DNA of 64,000 nt from positions 2,144,001 to 2,208,000 of the forward strand of contig CM000154.2 in NCBI GenBank assembly GCA_000004695.1, in the 5' to 3' direction. Below the pieces are notes generated by a model. It saw only the letters and a list, made by a program, of their open reading frames with translations, was not told where the DNA came from and did no database searches. Of this stretch, positions 53,137 through 64,000 are shown one piece after another; positions within the stretch are counted from its first letter, which is position 1; each line of letters begins with the position of its first letter. Source of the stretch: Dictyostelium discoideum. Taxonomy: Eukaryota. The position numbers and the translations under genes were made by a program.

Positions 53137-53485
53137 TAATGGAATCCGATAAGAAAATATAAAAAAAAAAAAAAAAAAAAGTTTTTAAAAACCCCTTTTG
53201 TAAATATTAAAAATAAAATAAAAAATAAAATAAAAAAATAAAAAGATTTTTAACCTAAACAATGATGAATTTTGATCATATCTTGTTTTTTTTTTTTTTT
53301 CAAATAATCATTTTTAAAAAAAAAGATTTTTTTGATTGCATTTATTTGATATTTTTTTTTTTTTTTTTTTTTTTTTCGGGAGATTTTCTTTTTTTTTCTT
53401 TTTTTTTTCTTTTTTTGTCNTGAGATATTTTGTCTAATATGTAAGAAAAGATAAATAGAAAAATAAAAAGGGTAATCAAAAAAAT

Positions 53486-53585
53486 NNNNNNNNNNNNNNN
53501 NNNNNNNNNNNNNNNNNNNNNNNNNNNNNNNNNNNNNNNNNNNNNNNNNNNNNNNNNNNNNNNNNNNNNNNNNNNNNNNNNNNNN
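53486..53585. other. Assembly gap (100 N); also a single n at 53420
   Basis: Run of n. Confidence 1.
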
Positions 53586-53757
53586 AAAATTAAAGGGGTT
53601 TTTGAGAAAGTTTATTAATTAAAAAAAGTTCATTTTTGTTTTTTTTTTTAAAACTTTTTTCCCCTGATTGGGGTGGTTAAATTTTTTTTTTTTTTAATTT
53701 TTAATTTTTTTTTAATTTTTTTTTTTGTCGGTCGGGGTTTTTGGAATGGAAAATGGG

Positions 53758-53790
<33 letters not shown>

Positions 53791-53911
53791 AAAAAAATAA
53801 TTTTTTTTTTTTTTTTTTTTTTAACAATATCGATTGTAGTTGTAGCAAAGGGTAAAAAATACATTGTTTTTGGGCATCCCATTTATAAGTTTTTTATTTT
53901 ATTTTTTTAAT

Positions 53912-53949
<38 letters not shown>

Positions 53950-54023
53950 ATAATTGATTTTTTTTTTTTATATATAGATATTTCAAAAAAAAAAATTAAA
54001 AAAAATAAAAAATAAAAAAAAAT

Positions 54024-54057
<34 letters not shown>

Positions 54058-54402
54058 TTAAAATTTTTAACACCAACCACCAATTTTTTTTTTTTTTTTT
54101 TTTTAATTGTACTTAAAATAAAATAAATTTTGTATAAATATTAATATTGTATTATTAAAATAGATAAACCATTATAAATCTACAGCCAAAAAAAAAAAAA
54201 AAAACAAAAAAATAAAATAAAATAAAAAAAAAACAGAAAAAGATTATATCATTAGTTTTGAAAAACTGGGTGTTTCTTCTTTTGTTTTTAAAATTTTTTT
54301 TTTTTTTTTTTTTTTCTTTAAAGCCACACACATACTAGCAATAAACAATAATAACAAAACTAAAATCAACTAAAAGAGAAATAGAAAAAAAAAAAAAAAA
54401 AG

Positions 54403-54586
54403 ATGTCAAATTTAAATATAAATAGTCAAGCACAAAATTCACCAGATCCAACAAGGAGATCGTTTGGTACTGGTGGTAGTGGTAGTACATTTTCACCAGG
54501 CGGTAGCGATTCAAGAATTATGAGTGTAAATATTGTCGATATTATTGGACAACAAGATCATGTAAAAAGCGAAATTTTAGCAAAAA
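54403..54586 (+). CDS. IQGAP-related RasGAP-domain protein (DGAP1/GAPA family), exon 1
   Basis: MSNLNINSQAQNSPDPTRRSFGTGGSGSTFSPGGSDSRIMSVNIVDIIGQQDHVKSEILAKSK then A, followed by GTAAGA at 54587. Confidence 0.5.
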
Positions 54587-54707
54587 GTAAGAAATCTAAA
54601 AAATACATATACCCTCTATTATCATTATAATATCTTTTTATTTTTAAAAATATTATATAATATAAATATATCAATTAATCATAATAATAATAAATAATTT
54701 ACTAATA

Positions 54708-54770
<63 letters not shown>

Positions 54771-54788
54771 ATTTATAATTTAATTTAG

Positions 54789-57058
54789 ATCAAAAACAAT
54801 TATTCGATTTAAAAAGAGAAATATCACAATCTAGTAAAAAGAATTTTACATTAGAAAGGGATATAAAGAATTTAGATAAAAAGATAGCATTATTAATTAA
54901 GAATAGAATTACATTGGAAGAGATTATGAATAGTGGTGATATAGTTGAATTACAAACTCGAACCGTTACATTGAAGGATAAATCACAAAGGGATCATTAT
55001 GGACAATTATTTTATTTACTTCAAAACAATACCACCTACATTGCACAATTGGCGAAATTGGTAAAGGTTGGAGAGATCGATAATCTATTGCAAACGGTGA
55101 TGTTTACACTCTATGGTAATCAATATGAGGAGAAAGAAGAGCATTTACTATTGTCAATGTTTCAAAAGGTATTACAAGAGGAATTCAAAGAGGCAACATC
55201 CATTGGTTCACTGTTACGTGCCAACACAGCATTGACACGTATGATGACAACATACACACGAAGAGGACCAGGTCAACAATATTTGAAACAACGTCTCACC
55301 AAACCATTGGCTGATATCACCAGCAACAAGGATTTGATATTGGAGGTGAACCCATCCACTGTCTATGAGAATTACATCAACGAGTACGAGACTAAAACCG
55401 GCAAACCTTCACCATTGAAACGTAAGGTATCACCAGAGGAGTGTGCTGATAATCAAAACGTTAAAGATATCATTAAACCACGTATCGATAAACTCATTGA
55501 AATTGGTGACCAATTCTTGGACTCCATTCTATCGAGTGTTGACGCCGTTCCCTATGGTATTCGTTGGATTTGCAAACAAATTCGTGAATTGGTAAAACAA
55601 AAGTTCCCACAAGCAACCCGTGCTCAAACTTGTGGTTTAATAGGTGGTTTCTTCCTCCTTCGTTATATTAATCCCGCCGTTGTCACTCCACAAGCATTCA
55701 TGTTGGTCGATGCTAAACTTTCAAATAACACCAAGAGAAATCTAACTTTTCCCGCTAAAATGCTTCAAAACCTTGCAAATAATATCATGTTTGGTGGCGT
55801 AAAAGAGTTCTTTATGGAACCACTCAATGTATTTTTAGATAGGAACAAGGATCGTTTAAATGACTTTTTGGAATCCCTCACTGACGTAGAGTCTTTGAGT
55901 GATCACCTTCAATTAGATAAATATTTAGCAATGGCAAAAACTTCCGATATCACCATCAATATCACTTTGAATGAAATGTACTTTGTTCATTCCCTATTGG
56001 AGCAACATATCAATAGTTTGGCACCCGATCAAAATGATCCACTTCGTGTGATCTTAAATGATTTAGGTGCTGCTCCACCACAATTATCTCGTACCGAGAA
56101 TGCAAATGTCGAATTGAAACTCACAAATCGTTTCGCTGCCGATCATCATAATTTACCAACTTCCTCATCAACCTCTTCATCTTTAAATATAGGTGGTTCA
56201 GTTGGTGGTGGCGGTGGAGGTGGTGGTGGTGATAATACATCGGGTCAATCAAATCCTGAACAAGTTTACAATGAAACCAAATATTTATTGATCACTGTAC
56301 TTCGTTCATTGGCTTCAACTCCTGGTACCGGTGATATGGGTGCATCTTTAGCAGAGGTTGCTAAACATGCTGCACTCAATAAGAATCAAGATATTGTAGA
56401 TAACATTAAAAAGATATTGGTCAATGTAAAGAAACTCTCATTGGAAGGCTATTTGAAAGGTGAAGATGATAATTTCACTCAACTTCGTAAAGATATCGTA
56501 GCGGAATTACTCAACTATGAAACCTATATCAGTAAAACTGCTAAAGACATTGAAAAACTTAAAGAGGTTTTATCAGCAATTCATCAACATAATCTATTCT
56601 TACAACAACAATTGGATTACTACGAAAAATATCTTTCAAATGTTCGTGAAAATTGTGGTACCAATGCAAGTGGTAGTAGTGATAAGAAATCAAAGAAGGA
56701 TAAAGATAAAAACAAAGATAAAGACTCTTCCACTGATAAAGCAACTGGAAAGAAAGCTATGGTTAAAAAGGGTCCTTTCAAATTTAGTTACAATCAAATG
56801 GAAAAGGATGGCTTAATCTGTCAATCCGAAGTACCAGAAGATAGAAGATCAAACATATTCTTCTCTTTTAGTTCTGAATCTCCTGGTATCTACGATGTCG
56901 TATTAATCTATAGAACTACCGCTGTCTCTGAAATTAGGTTACAATTAGATGAACTCTTGGAAATGCAATCAAATGGTCAAACTGAATACGAAACAACTTT
57001 CTTTAAATTAAATGTTAATTTATTGTTATATGTTTTAAATAAAACATTTATTTCATAA
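54789..57058 (+). CDS. IQGAP-related RasGAP-domain protein (DGAP1/GAPA family), exon 2
   Basis: Acceptor AG at 54787-54788 after a 202-nt intron full of (ATT)n. ..YGQLFYLLQ..., then the RasGAP signature region GLIGGFFLLRYINPAVVTPQAFMLVD (FLR...NPA..P) and a RasGAP C-terminal-like helical region. 817 aa in total, the size of Dictyostelium DGAP1/GAPA. I cannot tell which paralogue from sequence alone. Confidence 0.7.
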
Positions 57059-57167
57059 ATTAATTATAGAATTTTTTTTAAAAAAAAAAAAAATAAAATA
57101 AAAAGAAGTAAAAAAAAAAAAAAAGAAATTAGATAAATAATAAATAAACTACAAATAATAAATAACA

Positions 57168-57263
<96 letters not shown>

Positions 57264-57637
57264 CAGTAATAAAAAAAAGAAAAAGAAAAAGAAAAGAAAG
57301 AAAAAAATAAAAATAATAATAATCAAAACCAACACTCTTTAATTCAAGAACGATGCTTATACATGTTTTCAAATCCAATTTTAAATAAAATAATTTTTAT
57401 TGTAACATTATTAAAAAATTGATTTCCAATCAAAAACCACAGTCCAAAAATAGACTCAATTTCCCATTTTATTGTTATTATTTTTATTTTCTTATTTCAT
57501 TTTTATTTTAATTTTTATTTTATTTTTTTTTTTTTTTTTTTAATTAATTTCGGTTAAAAAAGCAAAAACAAAAAAAAAGCGAAAAAAAAAAATTATGAAA
57601 TGAAACATACCTTGGTATAATGAATTATAGTTAAACC

Positions 57638-58027
57638 ATGATAAACAATATAAATAGAATAAAGAAAACTTATAATACATTTTTAAATGTTAATAAATTA
57701 AGATATTCAACCTCAATAATATCTTCAAATATTTTAGAAAATGATAATAATAATATTGATGATTTTGAACAGGTTTTAAAGAGTACAAAAGTAAGAATGC
57801 CAACATCAGCTTTATTATTACCAAAGAAACCTAAAGTTTGTATTGGTATGTCTGGTGGCGTAGATTCAACAATTACTGCAAAATTATTAAAATTACAGGG
57901 TTTTGATGTTACTGGTGTTTTTATTAAAAGTTGGGATGAAGTTGAAGATACTGGTAGATGCCAAGGCGAACGTGATTGGAAAGATGCTTTAGAAGCTTCA
58001 AATTTTTTAGATATACCAATGTATAAA
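57638..58027 (+). CDS. Mitochondrial tRNA-specific 2-thiouridylase (MnmA/TRMU/MTU1), exon 1
   Basis: MINNINRIKKTYNTFLNVNKLRYST (presequence-like), then KVCIGMSGGVDSTITAKLLKLQGFDVTGVFIKSWDE, the SGGxDS PP-loop. Donor GTAAAT at 58028. Confidence 0.8.
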
Positions 58028-58155
58028 GTAAATTTTAATATCATTATTTAAACATATTTTTCAATATTAATTTTTGTTTTTTTTTATTATTATTCACACA
58101 CAATTATTTTTATTTTATCCTATTTTATTTTATTTTTTATTATTTTTTTTAATAG

Positions 58156-58736
58156 GCAGATTTTGTAAAAGATTATTGGAATAGAGTTTTTGTAGATTTT
58201 TTAAAAGATTATAAAAATGGGTTGACCCCAAATCCAGATGTATGGTGTAATAGAGAAATTAAATTTGATTTATTTTTTGATTTTGCAAAAGAGAATTTTG
58301 GTGTTGATTATATTGCAACAGGTCATTATTCAAATCTATATTATGGTGAAGAAAATGTTGGTGATAATAATAATAATAATTTACAATTACATAGAGCAAT
58401 TGATAAAAATAAAGATCAAACATTCTTTTTATGTATGACAAAAGGTGAAAGATTAAAACAAGCAATCTTCCCAATTGGTGGATTTACAAAGGAAAATATT
58501 GTTTCATTTGCAAAAACTATACCAAATTTCTCAAAAATTACATCAAAAAAATCAAGTAGAGGAATTTGTTTCATTGGAAAAAGACCTTTACCTGATTTTC
58601 TATCACAATATATGACTTTAAAACCTGGAGATTTCTTTGATATTTCAACAAACTCATTCATTAAAGGTAAAAAACACAAAGGTTCAGTTTGTTATACAAT
58701 GGGTCAAAAAGCAAATATTGATTCTTTATCAGAAAG
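58156..58736 (+). CDS. Mitochondrial tRNA 2-thiouridylase, exon 2
   Basis: Acceptor AG at 58154-58155. ADFVKDYWNRVFVDFLKDYKNGLTPNPDVWCNREIKFDLFFDFA...DYIATGHY...KDQTFFLC...GICFIGKR carries the MnmA catalytic Cys motifs. Exon ends ..SE then AG, followed by GTAATT at 58737. Confidence 0.8.
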
Positions 58737-58850
58737 GTAATTATTACCAATCAATTCTTAATTTAATTTTACTTCTAATGGAGAGGTTAAATAATTAAAT
58801 TCAAAAAAAAAAAAAACTATGATATTAATTTATTATATTTTATTTTAAAG

Positions 58851-59235
58851 GTATTTTATAGTTAGATCAGATATTGAAAGAAATATTGTATATGTTTGTC
58901 CAGAATCACAATTTGATCAATTTTCACTTTATTATGAATTTAATACACATTCATTCAATTGGATAAATGAAATACCGACTGAAGTTAAATCAGAACAAGG
59001 TTTTAAAGGAAGAGGAATTTGTAGACATCGTGGTGATGTAGTTAATTTAACAATTAAAGATACTGGTAAAACTTCACCAATAGATGGTAGTGTTATTTAT
59101 TCTGTTAATTTAGATCAACCATTAAGAAGTGTCGCCTCTGGTCAAATACTTTGTCTTTTTGATAGAAATACTGATAGATGTTTTGGTGGTGGTGTAATTA
59201 ACTCTTCTCCATTATATAATCCAACCCAATTTTAA
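58851..59235 (+). CDS. Mitochondrial tRNA 2-thiouridylase, exon 3 (stop 59233-59235)
   Basis: Acceptor AG at 58849-58850. (R)YFIVRSDIERNIVYVCPE...ASGQILCLFDRNTDRCFGGGVINSSPLYNPTQF* matches the MnmA C-terminal beta-barrel (..GQ..V.Y.G..CLGGG.I). 451 aa in total. Confidence 0.7.
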
Positions 59236-59345
59236 TAAATTACATTATTATTTTATTTATTTTTTTTTATTAAAAAAAAAAAGAAAAAAAAAAAAACTTT
59301 TAGAAATTCCCATTTTTTTATTTTTTTATTTTTTATTTTAAGAAA

Positions 59346-59786
59346 TCAAAGAAATCTTTCTAAAATTATAAATTCTCTACCATCTTTAGTATATTTTTGA
59401 TTTGTAAGATTAAAATTAAATTTTTTAATATAAAATTCTGATTTTTCAATTCTAGCATTACACCAAATTCTTTTGATTGAATTAATTTTAGCATAATTTA
59501 TAACATATGAAAGTAATTTCGTTCCATAACCTTTATTTTGATATTCAACTTTAGTTGCAAACTTTCTAAATTGAATTTCATTTTTTTCTTTATTTAAAAA
59601 TAATGAAACGATTGATATTGGTTTTATATCACTATCATTTTCATATAGCCCTAAATGGATTGTATTACCATTTTGATCTTGATCATTTTCAACTTTTACA
59701 TAATCCAAATCTTTTTCTGGATACATAACATTCCTTCTTAACTCTAATATATCATTATAATTACATTCTTTTATTATTACATTCAT
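59346..59786 (-). CDS. GNAT-family N-acetyltransferase, 146 aa, intronless
   Basis: QFRKFATKVEYQNKGYGTKLLSYVINYAK is the acetyl-CoA-binding motif A (Q/R-x-x-G-x-G/A) of GNAT enzymes. Convergent with the TRMU gene. Confidence 0.7.
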   Translation of the reverse strand: MNVIIKECNYNDILELRRNVMYPEKDLDYVKVENDQDQNGNTIHLGLYENDSDIKPISIVSLFLNKEKNEIQFRKFATKVEYQNKGYGTKLLSYVINYAKINSIKRIWCNARIEKSEFYIKKFNFNLTNQKYTKDGREFIILERFL

Positions 59787-60021
59787 TTTAATTTTTTTTT
59801 TTTTGTTGATTTATTTTTTTTTAAAAAAAAAAAAACAAAAAAAAAACTGAAAAACTATTAATAAAAAACTTAAAAAAAAAAAAAAAAAAAAAGAAATTTT
59901 TATCTATAATTTTGGAAATTATCCACTTCTTCAAATAAGAAAATAGATAATATTACTAATTAATAATTTTATCATATTATCTATTTTTAAAAAAAGAGTT
60001 ATTATTAATTTTAAAACTCTT

Positions 60022-60054
<33 letters not shown>

Positions 60055-60230
60055 CCCAAACCAATTTATTATTTAATTTTGAAATATGGATTAAATTATT
60101 TATTTGTATAGAAATGAGTTTGAACTTAAAAAAAAAAAAAAAAGAAGATATTGAAGATACATTTACTTAGATATTATCTAAACATTATTTATTTATATTT
60201 ATATTTTTTTATTTTTTTATTTAATTTAAT

Positions 60231-60641
60231 TTATTGATTTTGTTGTTGTTGTTGTTTTCTTGAAATTCTTCTTTGTATTAATTGTTTTTGTAAGTTTATT
60301 AAATTTATAGATTCTTCAGATGAAATAACTTTAGGAAGGATTTTCTTATCACTTGAATTAACAATAGTTTCTTTAGTTGCTGGTCTGAAAACCAATTCCT
60401 CATCTTTAATCATATCATCTAAAGTTGGGAAATAAGTTGGGAAAGGTGGAGCTTCTTTCCATTTCATTGATCTTGAATCTGTGATCTTTAAATATCCACC
60501 TTTTTTACCTGGAACAGCACCTTTAACTAAAAGACAATTCATTTCTGTATTGATTTTAAGTACTTGTAAATTTTTAACTGTACAACTCTTTCCACCTAAT
60601 CTACCTGGCATTTTTCTACCTTTAAATACTCTACCTGGTGT
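60231..60641 (-). CDS. Mitochondrial ribosomal protein L3, exon 2 (stop 60233-60231)
   Basis: Acceptor AG at 60643-60642. [55 protein letters not shown] is collinear with bacterial L3 [38 protein letters not shown]. 351 aa in total. Confidence 0.8.
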   Translation of the reverse strand, partial: TPGRVFKGRKMPGRLGGKSCTVKNLQVLKINTEMNCLLVKGAVPGKKGGYLKITDSRSMKWKEAPPFPTYFPTLDDMIKDEELVFRPATKETIVNSSDKKILPKVISSEESINLINLQKQLIQRRISRKQQQQQNQ

Positions 60642-60727
60642 CTAAATAAAAAAAACAATAAAAAAAAAATAAAAAAATTAATAAATAAATAATTTTACTA
60701 TATAAATTTTATAGATTAGTAACTTAC

Positions 60728-61372
60728 TTGTCTACAACCAGTAGAACCAATTGCTCTATGAGTTAAAGAAACACCATGAGTTGCAGGTTGACCACTGAAA
60801 TGCCATCTTTTCATACCACCAGCAAAACCTTTACCAGTGTTTGTACCTTTAACGGTGATTAATTGACCAGGTAAGAAATGTTTTGGTAAGATTGGAGTAC
60901 CCAATTCCAAGTTCATAGCATTTCTAGTGACACGGAATTCCATTAAAACTCTTTTTGGTGGTACATTTGCTTTTGCGAAATGACCTTGTAATGTTTTTGA
61001 AACATTTTTTAATTTAATTTCATCGGCACCAACTTGAATCATATCAACACCATCATTGACTTTTCTTTTAATTTGTGTCACTTGATTATTTGGTAATTGA
61101 ATCACTGTGACTGGATAAGCAATATCACCAATATAGGTTGTCAACATACCAACCTTTTTACCAATTGCACCAACACGATGACTAACTTTTGTCCATCCTG
61201 ATTTTGTATCACGTCTAAATGGTGCTTCCATTGCTTTTTGTCCAAATGATGGTTTTGGAATAATCCATGTACCTGCATAACTTGCTTTACCATTTCTTTG
61301 ATTCATCGATATTATATTATTTGAAAATCCATTAATTGGCATTTTTCTCATAACTTGACTAATTTTATCCAT
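60728..61372 (-). CDS. Mitochondrial ribosomal protein L3 (bacterial-type uL3), exon 1 (ATG 61372-61370)
   Basis: About 70 aa of N-terminal extension, then GAIGKKVGMLTTY...GKGFAGGMKRWHFSGQPATHGVSLTHRAIGSTGCRQ, the bacterial L3 signature F.G.MKR..F.G..A.HG.S..HR..GS.G. Donor GTAAGT (60727-60722). Confidence 0.8.
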
Positions 61373-61888
61373 ATTTTTATATCTATATTATTGGTTTCTT
61401 CCAAAAACAATCTGCTAACCTACAATAATGATAATAATAAATATGTTTGATCAAAATTTTATGAAAAAGACGAAAAAAAAAAAAAAATAAAAAAAAATAA
61501 TTGTTTGAAAAATTGAAAAAAAAAAAAAAAAAAAAAATGAAAAAAAGTTTTTCATTTTTTTTTTTTTATTTTTATTTTTTAATTTTTTTTTTTTGTTTTT
61601 TTTCATTGCACTTAAAAAATTAATAATTAAATAATGATAAGATTTTTTTATTGTTTAATTTAGATAATGTTAAATTTTAAAAAAATAAAATAAATTATTA
61701 TTATTATTATTATTTATAATTATCTTAATTACTTTATTTTATTTTATTTTTTTTATTTCCAACCAAACAATTGTTTATTTAAATTTGATGATTTGTTTAA
61801 AAAAAAAAACAAAAAAAATTATTTTTATAAACTTTTGATTTAATTTTACTTTTTATTTCCATTTCCGGCTTTTTCGGCATAAGAATTT

Positions 61889-61921
<33 letters not shown>

Positions 61922-62144
61922 AAATAAAATGAAAAATAAAAAAAAAAAAAAAAATAAAAACATTTAGGGGGTGCTTTATTTAATTACAAAATTTTTTTTT
62001 TTTTTTTTTCGATATCACCAAACACACAGATAAACATAATTTTTTAATTCAAATTTTTTTAAAAAAAAAAAAAAAAAAAAAAACCAAAATAGAAAAACCA
62101 ATTTATTATATAATTAATAAAAAAAAAAAAAAAAATAATTAATA

Positions 62145-62765
62145 ATGACATTTAATATTTGTGTATTAATATCAGGTAATGGTACAAATTTACAAGCAAT
62201 AATTGATGCAATTGAAAGTAAATATTTAAATGTTTGTATAAAAGTTGTAATTTCAAATAAAGAAACAGCTTATGGATTAGAGAGAGCAAAGAAAGCATCA
62301 ATTGAAACACGTGTATTCTCACTTCAAAAATATTTAAAACAAGATCCAATCAATAATACACGTTCAACCTATGGATTGGAATTAGCAAAGATCATTAGAG
62401 AATACTCATCGATTGATTTAATAGTTTTAGCCGGTTGGATGATTATATTACCAGCAACATTTTTAAAAGAATTTACAGATAATAAACCAACCATCGATAT
62501 AATTAATCTTCATCCAGCATTACCAGGTCAATATCCTGGTGCACATGCAATCGAACGTGCTTTCAATGATTTCAAAGAAAATAAAATAAAACATTCAGGT
62601 ATAATGATTCATAAAGTTATTGAAGAAGTTGATGCTGGTGAAGTTATCTTAACAAAAGAAATTCCAATACTTCCAACTGATACATTAGAATCTTTAGAAG
62701 AAAGGTTTCATCAACAAGAACATAAATCATTAGTTGAATCAATAAAATTATTATCAACAAAATAA
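62145..62765 (+). CDS. Phosphoribosylglycinamide formyltransferase (GAR transformylase, PurN-type)
   Basis: MTFNICVLISGNGTNLQAIID (ISG.GTN), LIVLAGWMIILPATFL and NLHPALPGQYPG (the formyl-transferase N.HP.LLP motif). 206 aa, intronless. Confidence 0.85.
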   Translation: MTFNICVLISGNGTNLQAIIDAIESKYLNVCIKVVISNKETAYGLERAKKASIETRVFSLQKYLKQDPINNTRSTYGLELAKIIREYSSIDLIVLAGWMIILPATFLKEFTDNKPTIDIINLHPALPGQYPGAHAIERAFNDFKENKIKHSGIMIHKVIEEVDAGEVILTKEIPILPTDTLESLEERFHQQEHKSLVESIKLLSTK

Positions 62766-62847
62766 ATAAATGATAATTATTATTATTATTTTTAAAAAAT
62801 ATATATAATTTATTTCTTTTTTTTATTTTTATTTTTAATTTTTAATT

Positions 62848-64000
62848 TTAATTATTATTATTATTATCAATTTCAGTTAATTCAACTGGTAAATAATGAT
62901 TATTTTGTTTTCTAAATTTCTTTTTATAGAAAAGATAAAAAGATATTATTAAAACAGCAAAAGCTGTAATACAAATTACAGTGAATAATGTCCAACCATT
63001 TAAAGTTTTTTCAACTTCATCTTCTTCAATTTCTTCAGTGATTAAATAGATTGCATCGGTTTGTTCAATTTGATAAGATGATGAACTAATTAAACTATTA
63101 TTTAAGAAAATCTTTGTTGAAATGAATTGATTTGAATAACGACCACTTTCACATTTGAGTATATGATATTCACTATGATATTCAATATTTGGATTGAAAT
63201 AAATCTCTAAATCACCATTGAATAAACAATCACCATCAATTAAAAGATGTGGTGAAATTCTACCCAATCTATCGAATCTAATTAAACTTTGTTTTGAATA
63301 AATCTTTAGATCACCTTTAACCACTAATTTATTTAAAAGTAGATCAGAATTAATATTTGAGATTAATAATGTTGCGTTTCCATTCAACAATAAACTATCA
63401 GAAAGGTCCAATGTCGATTGTGCCCCGCCAACCACTGACAAAACACCGCCATTCAATGTTAAATTATAACATTGTATAGTGGAATTATCCAATGTTATCA
63501 TTGCCCCATTGAATAGAGTTAATCTCGCATTCTTATTTCGGTCCATTAATAATGACGAATTCGATTTAAATATAAGATCACCCCGAATATCCATTTTTGA
63601 ATGTTGATCATTAATTCTAACCATTGAATCATTCATAAAGGTAACCGTTGATTCACTATCAATATAAACCAAGGATTTACTTATATCAATGCCTTTTACT
63701 ATTGAATTTTCATTTCTAAACGTTAACGATGTGGAACTATCACTTGAGTTACCATTACTACCTCTATCAGTGATTGATGTAATAATTGAGTTTTTAATTA
63801 TAATTTGATTACCAATATCAGTTTGAATAATTGTATTTTCCAAATTTGATAATGTAATCTTTTCTCTAACTGAATTTTCCAATTGAATTTTACCACCGAT
63901 AATATTTGAAATTTCAACATTTATAAATTCGAAATTATCAACTTCTTTATCACTACCAATTATAATTTGTGAATTTTCTGAATTTAAAAGTTTAATATTC
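62848..64000 (-). CDS. Type I membrane protein with extracellular beta-rich repeat region, 3' portion (5' end beyond window)
   Basis: Frame stays open upstream of the track start, which is an internal TTG (..NIKLLNSENSQIIIGSDKEVDNFEFINVEISNIIGGKIQLENSVREKITLS..). Irregular N/S/T-rich repeats with many N-x-S/T sequons, one transmembrane helix WTLFTVICITAFAVLIISFYLFY, and a short basic cytoplasmic tail KKKFRKQ. Confidence 0.55.
   Translation of the reverse strand, partial: NIKLLNSENSQIIIGSDKEVDNFEFINVEISNIIGGKIQLENSVREKITLSNLENTIIQTDIGNQIIIKNSIITSITDRGSNGNSSDSSTSLTFRNENSIVKGIDISKSLVYIDSESTVTFMNDSMVRINDQHSKMDIRGDLIFKSNSSLLMDRNKNARLTLFNGAMITLDNSTIQCYNLTLNGGVLSVVGGAQSTLDLSDSLLLNGNATLLISNINSDLLLNKLVVKGDLKIYSKQSLIRFDRLGRISPHLLIDGDCLFNGDLEIYFNPNIEYHSEYHILKCESGRYSNQFISTKIFLNNSLISSSSYQIEQTDAIYLITEEIEEDEVEKTLNGWTLFTVICITAFAVLIISFYLFYKKKFRKQNNHYLPVELTEIDNNNNN

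Noticed and set aside
57064-57378. Two minus-strand ORFs (104 and 68 aa) downstream of the IQGAP-like gene
   Set aside because: Poly-Y and poly-I from a (TAA)n tract of about 110 bp, with no coding composition.

Overview
The window is a 64 kb segment of a nuclear chromosome from a dictyostelid social amoeba, almost certainly Dictyostelium discoideum. Supporting evidence: about 78% A+T overall, with homopolymer A/T and (AAT)n/(CAA)n tracts that translate to poly-N and poly-Q inside ORFs. Introns are short, begin with GTAAGT-like donors and end in AG. One gene encodes an actin identical, as far as I can recall, to the major Dictyostelium actin. There are three 100-N assembly gaps (28502-28601, 46415-46514, 53486-53585). 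The sequence next to two of them has the look of low-quality reads. I can support about 23 protein-coding genes, most with 1-4 short introns that the raw ORF track splits or misses. They are: a 5' partial hypothetical gene (-); cytidine deaminase (-, 3 exons); eIF2B alpha (+, 5 exons including a cryptic 34-nt first exon); pantoate-beta-alanine ligase (+); Arp1/centractin (-, 3 exons); mitochondrial-type valyl-tRNA synthetase (+, 2 exons); an M14 carboxypeptidase with signal peptide (-); a twin-Cx9C CHCH protein (+, 2 exons); a 340-aa hypothetical (+); a 1471-aa helical protein with acidic tail (+, 2 exons); actin (+); an F-box plus armadillo-repeat protein (-, 2 exons); a 5-exon N/S-rich gene absent from the ORF track as a unit (-); an atypical E2F-like factor with two candidate E2F/DP DNA-binding domains (+, 2 exons); a 1035-aa hypothetical (+); a NDUFA12/NDUFAF2-family complex I protein (-, 2 exons); a 461-aa hypothetical (+, 2 exons); a poly-Q plus homeodomain protein of 1347 aa (+); an IQGAP-related RasGAP-domain protein (+, 2 exons); mitochondrial tRNA 2-thiouridylase MnmA/TRMU (+, 3 exons); a GNAT acetyltransferase (-); bacterial-type mitochondrial ribosomal protein L3 (-, 2 exons); GAR transformylase (+); and a 3' partial type-I membrane protein running off the right edge (-). 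I found no tRNA or rRNA genes, no CRISPR array and no intact transposon. This is ordinary eukaryotic housekeeping and regulatory gene space, not a prokaryotic defence or accessory island, and I do not see a novel multi-gene system. The points most worth a second look are the two-domain E2F-like gene, the non-AT island at 16.85-17.5 kb, the G/T-rich repeat in the F-box gene promoter, the unannotated 5-exon gene, and small GC islands that may be ncRNAs. All coordinates of spliced models were derived by hand. Product calls rest on motif recall, not database searches.
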